Below are positions 46,898 through 53,263 of a stretch of DNA of 53,263 nt, one piece after another. Numbering within the stretch: the stretch's first letter is position 1; each line of letters starts with the position of its first letter. The position numbers were made by a program, and so were the translations under genes. The notes under the pieces are model-generated. The model searched no databases. It saw only the letters and a program-made list of their open reading frames with translations, and was not told the origin of the DNA. Location: IMG/VR virus record IMGVR_UViG_3300036852_000419, positions 1-53,263 of that record, one strand, 5' to 3'. The DNA is from a virus (Duplodnaviria > Caudoviricetes).

Positions 46898-46936
46898 AAG
46901 ACTCAGGTCTCGAAAGGGATCTGAGTCTTTTCTTTT
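46898..46936 (+). terminator. Strong intrinsic terminator
   Basis: AAGACTCAGGTCTC-GAAA-GGGATCTGAGTCTT followed by TTCTTTT. Confidence 0.85.
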
Positions 46937-46981
46937 GTAACTGCCTCTGAGCCTTGCAAGCGAGAAGTGAAGAGAAAATGC

Positions 46982-47010
46982 TTGACGCTGGCTCATTGAG
47001 CGTGTAGAAG
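46982..47010 (+). promoter_or_regulatory. Sigma70-type promoter
   Basis: TTGACG-17 nt-TAGAAG; shares GCGTGTAGAA with the promoter at 1500. Confidence 0.6.
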
Positions 47011-47022
47011 GGAGAGCGAAAG

Positions 47023-47316
47023 ATGACCAACCCACTCGAAACAGCTTCAGTGCCTCTCGCGCTCCAGCCTCCCCCCCGCGAAGACCGCCGCCTGCGCTGG
47101 TATCACGCCAAGCTCGCGTTGGGGCTCTGCGGGACGTGTGGCTCGAAGCCGCGCGCTCAGGGCTGTGACGGAAAGCTGTCAGTGAAGTGTGTCGAGTGTC
47201 TGGTGAGCGCGAGAGCGAGAGAGCGCATCAAGCACGGCTGGAAACCGCGATATGTGAGCGGGATGGGCAGGCGAATTTGGCATGGAGCGAAGCGAAGTGA
47301 GGAGGTGGTGTCGTGA
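47023..47316 (+). CDS. Basic zinc-finger-like protein
   Basis: GLCGTCG...KCVEC. Confidence 0.6.
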   Translation: MTNPLETASVPLALQPPPREDRRLRWYHAKLALGLCGTCGSKPRAQGCDGKLSVKCVECLVSARARERIKHGWKPRYVSGMGRRIWHGAKRSEEVVS

Positions 47317-47675
47317 GCACTTGGCTATGCGCACAATGCTCAGCCGAATTCAGAACTGAAGCGACTTTGCACGAACATTGCTTGATCGCACACTTGACGG
47401 ATAAACAGCTTCCCCTCCCTCAGATCTTTCTCGACGCCGCCGCACTGATCTCTGGACCGCGCCACGAAAGCTATGGTGACTACGCTGATGAAGCTAATCG
47501 AATCGCTGCGGGATGGAGCGTGCTCATCCAGGCTCCTGTTCAACCTCGTCACGTGCCTATGATGATGGTCTGGCTCAAGCTGATGCGAGAGACACATAAG
47601 CCGGGACAAGATAATAGAACTGATGCGGCGGGCTATCTCGCGCATTTGGATAAGATGATGCAGACAAAGCTATGA
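47313..47675 (+). CDS. C2H2 zinc finger fused to a DUF6378-like domain
   Basis: CAQC-x3-F-x5-L-x2-H-x4-H, then AAALISGPRHESYGD...MVWLKLMR...DNRTDAAGY. Confidence 0.7.
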   Translation: MSTWLCAQCSAEFRTEATLHEHCLIAHLTDKQLPLPQIFLDAAALISGPRHESYGDYADEANRIAAGWSVLIQAPVQPRHVPMMMVWLKLMRETHKPGQDNRTDAAGYLAHLDKMMQTKL

Positions 47676-47899
47676 CCCCTGATCACAACCAGACTGAAGA
47701 TCCTCAGAACGTGCTGCCGGAGGAGATTCCATGTGAGCCCCGCTCAGAACGTCTCAAGCTCAGAGCACTTCAGCGCGAGAGTGAGAGGCGCGCGAACATG
47801 GCGTGGGTGCCGAAGGTGGGCGCGACACGATGGCAGGACAGGCGAGGGCAGCGCTACGAGCGGCTGAAGAATGGGCAGATTGTGAGGGTGAGCGAGTGA
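47672..47899 (+). CDS. Hypothetical protein
   Basis: 75-aa ORF with overlapping start and stop. Confidence 0.55.
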   Translation: MTPDHNQTEDPQNVLPEEIPCEPRSERLKLRALQRESERRANMAWVPKVGATRWQDRRGQRYERLKNGQIVRVSE

Positions 47900-48276
47900 A
47901 CTCCCCTCTCTACCTCACCGGCCTCACTCCCGATGGCGTCCCTCTCTACGGAGGATTCTTCGAAATGCAGGATCGCGAAGGCTTCCCGCTCGACGCTTCC
48001 TGGGAAGAATGCAGAGCGCGTGGCCTCCACATCGACTGGCTGGAAGCACTCTGCAAGTGCTGGCTGAATGACGTGCTGAAGTTTGAGAGCTTTGTGAAGC
48101 ATGCAGAGATACTGGAGCCGGAAGCTCAGATACGCGAGAAGTTCAAAGCAACTGGCGCACTTGTGCTAGCTGAGAATCCTGAAATGAAAAGTGAACCAAA
48201 TCCTGTGAGCGCTGTGTGCGAGCATATCCTCAAAATTAAGCACGCGTTCACAGCTAACCTTGCTCCCACACCATGA
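47896..48276 (+). CDS. Protein with an alanyl-tRNA-synthetase-like helical motif
   Basis: FFEMQDREGFPLDASWEECRARGLHID resembles the AlaRS F.LYDTYGFPLDLT....RERG..VD segment. Confidence 0.55.
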   Translation: MNSPLYLTGLTPDGVPLYGGFFEMQDREGFPLDASWEECRARGLHIDWLEALCKCWLNDVLKFESFVKHAEILEPEAQIREKFKATGALVLAENPEMKSEPNPVSAVCEHILKIKHAFTANLAPTP

Positions 48277-48509
48277 ACTCCACCACCGGCCCCGCTTTCG
48301 TCTGCGGCGTCAACCATGCCCTGGCTGCCATCAAGCTCGCGATGCGCTCAGGCGACCGCTCTCAGGCAAAACTCTTCCACTCCTTCGCCCCCGGCAGCGA
48401 ACAAGAGCTTGCCTTCGACGAGGGCGCGCAGTATGCCACAGTGAGAGCGATGGCGGGAGCGGAGTTTGCGGTGCAGTGCAGGAGTGAGTATGAACCGCGA
48501 GACAACTGA
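48273..48509 (+). CDS. Hypothetical protein
   Basis: 78-aa ORF with ATGA overlap. Confidence 0.55.
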   Translation: MNSTTGPAFVCGVNHALAAIKLAMRSGDRSQAKLFHSFAPGSEQELAFDEGAQYATVRAMAGAEFAVQCRSEYEPRDN

Positions 48510-48514
48510 CAACT

Positions 48515-49051
48515 ATGCCTGACTTTCACTGCCCTAAATGCTGCATAAGCTGGCACAGCGAAGATGATCGATGTCCAAACTGTGTCAGCGATTCCACGAA
48601 CAACCCACTGCACGCGTATTGCGACAAGCCCATGACCCCACCACGACAACTCTCCCGCTCCACTCTCATCCTCATCATCTTCCTCTCGTTGCTGAGCGCT
48701 GTGGGTTATAAGCTGTGGGAACTCAAGAAAGCGAATGATCAGACCATAGAGCGCCTTCTCGCCGCGCGCAACGGACAGCCCTCTGCGACTCACACACAGC
48801 AGGCGCTGACTTTCTCGCGCCCCTGGCTGCGCTCGACCAACGGCGCGGCGCTCTTCGCGTTCACTGACAGCGAGTGGAGCACGCTCACGAATCTTTATCC
48901 TGAGAAGCTGGCTGAGATCACGATGCCGCCGACGCTGATCTTTGCTGAGGGCTATGTGATGAAAGTGAGCGAACGCGTGTTTGAGAGCCTGAAGAGCGAG
49001 CTGCCCGCGAGCTGCCTTCAGACCAACCCTGTCTGGTTCCTGAAGCCATGA
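48515..49051 (+). CDS. Membrane-anchored protein with N-terminal Cys motif
   Basis: CPKC..CPNC followed by a TM helix; an internal start near 48632 is possible. Confidence 0.55.
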   Translation: MPDFHCPKCCISWHSEDDRCPNCVSDSTNNPLHAYCDKPMTPPRQLSRSTLILIIFLSLLSAVGYKLWELKKANDQTIERLLAARNGQPSATHTQQALTFSRPWLRSTNGAALFAFTDSEWSTLTNLYPEKLAEITMPPTLIFAEGYVMKVSERVFESLKSELPASCLQTNPVWFLKP

Positions 49052-49359
49052 CCCTGCGCGACATCAAATATCGTTCTGCCACTTGGCGACGCGCTCAGCG
49101 AAAGCTGCGCAAGAAGCTCTGTGTCGCATGTGGTTCTCCTCACGGTCAGCTTGAGCTTCATCATATCCACTATGAAAATCTTTCTGAAATTGACTCAAAC
49201 CAGACTATGACGCTCTGCACCTCCTGTCACTTCCTGATCCATCTGCTCAGTCGTCAACTGAACCTGAACATCGAACAAATCGGTCCTACTGAAGCTCGTG
49301 ATCTCGCTTTCGATGTCACTATCGAGCGCTCTCGTCAACTAAGTCTCCCCTTCCCATGA
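49048..49359 (+). CDS. HNH endonuclease-like protein
   Basis: CVACG...LELHHIHY...TLCTSCH...H. Confidence 0.8.
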   Translation: MTLRDIKYRSATWRRAQRKLRKKLCVACGSPHGQLELHHIHYENLSEIDSNQTMTLCTSCHFLIHLLSRQLNLNIEQIGPTEARDLAFDVTIERSRQLSLPFP

Positions 49360-49664
49360 GCTGCCGCCAGGTCAACTACGCGAATCGCCGGAAGGCTGAG
49401 CTAATCGCTGCGATGGGCGGGCGCTGCTGGGGATGTGGCGCGACTCACGACCTCCAGATAGATCATCCAAATGGACGCGACTGGAAACCACGTGAGAAAA
49501 GTTTCTGTCATCGCATCATCATTTACTGGCGCGAGTGGCTGCGTCATGAGGTGCGCTTGCTTTGTGCGACCTGCAATGAGGATCGGCGCTACAACGGCGT
49601 CGAGCTTCCGTTTCCGGGAGCTATGCTGGAAGCTGAGCCTGCTGATCCTTCGGTTCCTTTCTGA
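49356..49664 (+). CDS. HNH endonuclease-like protein
   Basis: GGRCWGCG...LQIDH...LLCATCN. Confidence 0.75.
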   Translation: MSCRQVNYANRRKAELIAAMGGRCWGCGATHDLQIDHPNGRDWKPREKSFCHRIIIYWREWLRHEVRLLCATCNEDRRYNGVELPFPGAMLEAEPADPSVPF

Positions 49665-49988
49665 CCCCCTTTCATGCTTCTGGATTATGAAGTATCAATT
49701 TTGCGCGTGACTGGGAAGTTCTCGCTCCCTGGTCAGAAAAGAATCGAGGTGAAAATGAAAAAGCGAAGCTTTGATCACAACCTATGAGACGCCCTGTCTT
49801 CTCCTCCTTCGCCATGGTCCCTGTGAGCCTTCGCTGCTCGTGCGGGCGCGTGATCACAAACCTGCGCAGACCAGGAGAGGTTCCACAAGTGGTGCCCAGC
49901 GGCTGCTCATGGTGCTGGCCCCGTTGGATCGAACGAAGACTAGCCAGAGCCTTAGAAGCCGGATCACCTCTTTACGCATGGAAAGATT

Positions 49989-50231
49989 ATGAGCATTGAA
50001 CCGAGACCACTGACACCTGAGCACTTCGCAGCAGCACAAACTGGCTGGCCTGATCAAGTTCCCTGGTCAGCGCAACAGATCTCCCAAATCTTGACCGAAC
50101 GGAAAATGTCACTCTTTGCCGCCAGAGGGCTTGTCGCACAGCGACCGCCAACGCACTCCCGGCAGCGAGCCACGATCCCTCCTGGAGCCCTCGTGCGCGC
50201 GAACCCCGGGCTGCTGAGGAGAATGCTGTGA
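49989..50231 (+). CDS. Hypothetical protein
   Basis: 80-aa ORF overlapping the next start. Confidence 0.45.
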   Translation: MSIEPRPLTPEHFAAAQTGWPDQVPWSAQQISQILTERKMSLFAARGLVAQRPPTHSRQRATIPPGALVRANPGLLRRML

Positions 50232-50476
50232 GCGACTCCAGCCCCAGTGTCACCCTCGGTCCTGTCTCCTCGCCTCTGATGTGGCCTCCCGGCATCCCCG
50301 TCGTGGCAGCAGTGGAGTGGAGAGCGCCGGAGCTGAAGCCGGAGCAAGAGTGGGATATCTTCTCAGTGGAAACATTTCGACCCTCTACTTACATGTGCTT
50401 CCCGTGCCCTATTTACAACGCGCGCTTACCACGCGATAACCCCCGCGACCGCCTCTCCGTTCGCGTCCAGCCTTGA
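50228..50476 (+). CDS. Hypothetical protein
   Basis: 82-aa ORF with GAGGAG upstream. Confidence 0.45.
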   Translation: MSDSSPSVTLGPVSSPLMWPPGIPVVAAVEWRAPELKPEQEWDIFSVETFRPSTYMCFPCPIYNARLPRDNPRDRLSVRVQP

Positions 50477-50666
50477 CTTCGCGAGCGCGAGGGTGGTAGA
50501 GTCTCAGCAGGTCGAGCAACCCTTGACCACGGCATTGAAGCTGCCGCACATAAAATGATCAGACAACATTCAAAAGAGCCTCCTTCCCCTGTCCTGACTG
50601 CCGCTTTTCTTTCTGGTCGGCGGGACTTCACGGTCGGGACAAGGGAAGTGGGCTTTTACAACGCAT

Positions 50667-50927
50667 ATGTTTGACCGCCCCACATGCTCCGCTGAAACTG
50701 CCTTAGAACAAGCCGGGATGACTGCTCACCAGTATCTCGGACAAGCCATTAAAGCCATCGAATTCTGGTTCGGAAAAGGCTATGCTGAAAAACACCCTGA
50801 ACTAGTTTGCGCCATGATCAAGTGCGAGGTCCAAGACTTCAACTGCGTGGCCTACCAAGTTGCCCTGTATGCCATCAGTGACAATCTAGAGCAGATCTCC
50901 ATTGCTCTCGACAAACTCACACCCTAA
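50667..50927 (+). CDS. Hypothetical phage protein
   Basis: 86 aa; FGKGYAEKHPELV motif. Confidence 0.6.
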   Translation: MFDRPTCSAETALEQAGMTAHQYLGQAIKAIEFWFGKGYAEKHPELVCAMIKCEVQDFNCVAYQVALYAISDNLEQISIALDKLTP

Positions 50928-50937
50928 CTCAGTCACG

Positions 50938-52239
50938 ATGCTCACCATGTCCACGCGCAATATCAACGCCTACTACGATAACGAGCACCACACCTACTGG
51001 GTCGAAGGAGACAAAGGATGGATTAGTGTCAGCGAAACCAGCCTAGTTCGTCACCTTCGGAAAGACGGCTATTGCCACAAAACAGTCATCAAAGGCTCGC
51101 TTCTCACCACAGTTGATCAGGAAATCCTAGATATCCAGAACAATTTCGCTGTGGATTACGCCGGACCCATCGCCGGATGGAACAAAGGCTACTATGACCT
51201 CTACGGAAAGCGCGTTCTCGTCACTTCTTCTCCAAAACTTCTTGTTCCAGCCGAAGGTGACTGGAGTTTATGGGAAGCTTGTCTCAATGCGATCCTGGGA
51301 CGGGTTGAACACGGCAAAATTCAGGTCCTGACATGGAAAGCGAACGATAAACTCTTCCTAGAATGCCTCTACGGGCAATTCTATCGACCTGGTGCCGCCA
51401 CTTTTCTCATCGGAGGCGCTGACGCTGGCAAAAGCTTCTTCCAAGACCGGCGCACGACCTACTACGGCGGTCGCGTGGCTAATCCGTGGCTCTTCATTCA
51501 AGGAAAAACACCTTTCAATGAAGAACTAACCGCTGCCGAGCATCACAAGGTCAGCGATCCTCACATCTACAAGCGCGAAGACCGTGCTGATCTCGCTGAC
51601 ATGATCAAAAATTTCCTCTTCGACGAGGCTCAATCTAGCCACGGCAAGTGCAAGACCGCAATTTCTCTGCCTCCCCGACGTCGCATGAGTTTTTCCTGCA
51701 ACAAAGAGCTTCACAACATGATTGTGCCCTCTCTCGACGCCTCCATGCTGGACAAACTGGATCTCAATCTCTGCTCGGACAACTCTGTTCCGCCTCCGGG
51801 CTACGAAAACATCCCTTATGGAGACCTCATCAAGCGCGTGGAAGCTGAACTCCCCGCCTACGTATGGCATCTCCAGAACGAATTCAAGATCCCGGTCGAG
51901 ATGCAGGCTCGTCGCTGCGGTGTCAAGACTTGGCATCATCCGGAACTCGTGCATCTGATCAACGAGAACCTTCGCGAGACCCAGCTTGAGCAAGTCTTGG
52001 TGGACTATAACTTCTTCCAGAACGGCCCTTGGGAAGGCGACTATCAGGATTTTCTGAAAATGCTTGAATTCCTGAGTAGTTATTCTGATGTGAAATCCTT
52101 CACAGACAAACCAGCCATTCTCCCTTATCTCCTCTCTAAGCTTCAGTCCCGCTACCCCGACCGCTATCTCCGTACCGGCTCAAGAGTAGGCAAACGACGC
52201 CAAGGTTGGAAGATTTTCCCTCCAAAAGACCTCAACTAG
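50938..52239 (+). CDS. Primase-associated P-loop helicase (SF3/DUF5906-like)
   Basis: FLIGGADAGKSFF Walker A, PFNEEL and FSCN motifs; followed by an origin-like repeat region. Confidence 0.7.
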   Translation: MLTMSTRNINAYYDNEHHTYWVEGDKGWISVSETSLVRHLRKDGYCHKTVIKGSLLTTVDQEILDIQNNFAVDYAGPIAGWNKGYYDLYGKRVLVTSSPKLLVPAEGDWSLWEACLNAILGRVEHGKIQVLTWKANDKLFLECLYGQFYRPGAATFLIGGADAGKSFFQDRRTTYYGGRVANPWLFIQGKTPFNEELTAAEHHKVSDPHIYKREDRADLADMIKNFLFDEAQSSHGKCKTAISLPPRRRMSFSCNKELHNMIVPSLDASMLDKLDLNLCSDNSVPPPGYENIPYGDLIKRVEAELPAYVWHLQNEFKIPVEMQARRCGVKTWHHPELVHLINENLRETQLEQVLVDYNFFQNGPWEGDYQDFLKMLEFLSSYSDVKSFTDKPAILPYLLSKLQSRYPDRYLRTGSRVGKRRQGWKIFPPKDLN

Positions 52240-52261
52240 ACTCTCTGCGCGTGTCTTCACA

Positions 52262-52526
52262 GTGACGCCCAGCGCGTCACCCCCTCTAGACCCTCGTCAC
52301 CGAGGTTAAGTGCTTCTCTCTCACAGCCTTCCAAGACCCAGGTGACGCGGTGACGAGGGTTTCCCACTTTCGCTCTCTCTGTATATATACTACTACTCTC
52401 TATACTTATAATAGTGAAATAGGCTCGTCACCTCGTCACTAACTTCGGGAAGTGTCTCAGACAGAGCAGCTTTCCGAGGTGACGAGGGTGTCGAGAGGCG
52501 CGTCATGGGGTCGTCAAAGGCGTCAC
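52262..52526. repeat. Putative replication origin: GTGACG/CGTCAC iterons around an AT-rich core
   Basis: Nine exact and two near copies in both orientations; AT-rich tract at 52381-52420. Confidence 0.7.
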
Positions 52527-52950
52527 CTATAAAACGGCACAAGTTAATGTGAGAGAAAGAGTTCGAGAAGATGACACGGGTAGATCTAAAAAGCTAACTT
52601 TCCTTCGAAACGGGACTCAAACCACGCTCCCTGCGCTATATGGGTGCCTACCCCCAGGGGTGGGAGAGACGGTCGCTCTGGCGAGAAAGCATGCTTATGG
52701 GACCCTAAGCGAGTGAGTTCTGAAAAGTGAACATTTTCTCTGGGACACCCTATCAATCACTCAGCTTCCCTCCAGCGGGGGTGCCGGGTAGGGGTCCGGC
52801 GCACGGTTCGCTGCCAGAAAAACGATCCCTTAGAGTCGCGACACTATGAGCGGCTGGTCCTGATCCTGAGCGCGAGCGTGCGACAGGGCCAGAGCTGAGC
52901 TGAGAGCGCAGCCCTGAGCGGAGAGCGTCAGGGCGGAGAGAGAGAGAGAG

Positions 52951-53263
52951 TTAAGCGCATGGCTCGTAAAGATAGCCAGCTAGACCATATCTACGCCAGT
53001 TGTTCCTTCGACACCATGTGAAAAGCTCAAGACAATCAGAGAACACAGGCGAGACTCTCGAGCCTGGCTCGCGATGAGAGTCACCAGTGAATAGCCAGCA
53101 TCCGATTTCGCCTGTATCAGGTTCGACACATTGAATAACTGAACGCGCGTGCAAACCGCGCGGGATTTTGCGCAATGACGCGCTTGCAACGTGTATCTCG
53201 TCTGACTCAGATACCAAAGCTAATTGCGCGTGGTGTCCTAACAGAGCTTCACGCCATCGCTTT
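52951..53263 (-). CDS. 3' part of the junction-spanning hypothetical protein
   Basis: Continues the frame starting at ATG 165. Confidence 0.65.
   Translation of the reverse strand, partial: KRWREALLGHHAQLALVSESDEIHVASASLRKIPRGLHARSVIQCVEPDTGEIGCWLFTGDSHREPGSRVSPVFSDCLELFTWCRRNNWRRYGLAGYLYEPCA
53137..53263. repeat. Terminal direct repeat (right copy)
   Basis: Identical to 1-127. Confidence 0.95.

Noticed and set aside
46706-46924. 72-aa ORF (MGCDVVWFGRAG...) over the pentamer array
   Set aside because: It is a G/V/R-rich by-product of the 5-nt repeat, has no RBS, and runs into the terminator stem

Overview
The window is a complete, circularly permuted tailed dsDNA phage genome of about 53,136 bp. 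Bases 1-127 are repeated at 53137-53263, and one gene reads through that junction. The gene set is podovirus-like, in five alternating-strand blocks. (1) Early and replication genes: Cas4-like nuclease, Sak4-like ATPase, SSB-like protein and a family A DNA polymerase fused to a degenerate UDG-like domain. (2) Tail and ejection proteins, ending in an AlkB-type dioxygenase. (3) Terminase, a cluster of about five glycosyltransferase-like genes plus a methyltransferase, portal and scaffold. (4) Major capsid protein, fibre/spike proteins with signal peptides, and membrane/lysis genes. (5) Small genes, HNH nucleases, a helicase and an iteron-rich origin-like region. The most striking locus is 46.0-46.95 kb. 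A stand-alone RAMP/Cas7-like gene is followed directly by a ~205-nt non-coding tract with strict 5-nt periodicity (conserved GGY-like triplet plus variable NN) and then a strong intrinsic terminator. This is a candidate non-CRISPR, RNA-guided nucleic-acid-recognition system. Other notable items are a tRNA-like structure abutting the polymerase start, His at PolA position 762, tandem promoter-hairpin small-RNA modules, an AlaRS-like fragment and a C2H2 zinc-finger fusion. All functional calls come from reading motifs by eye; no searches were run.
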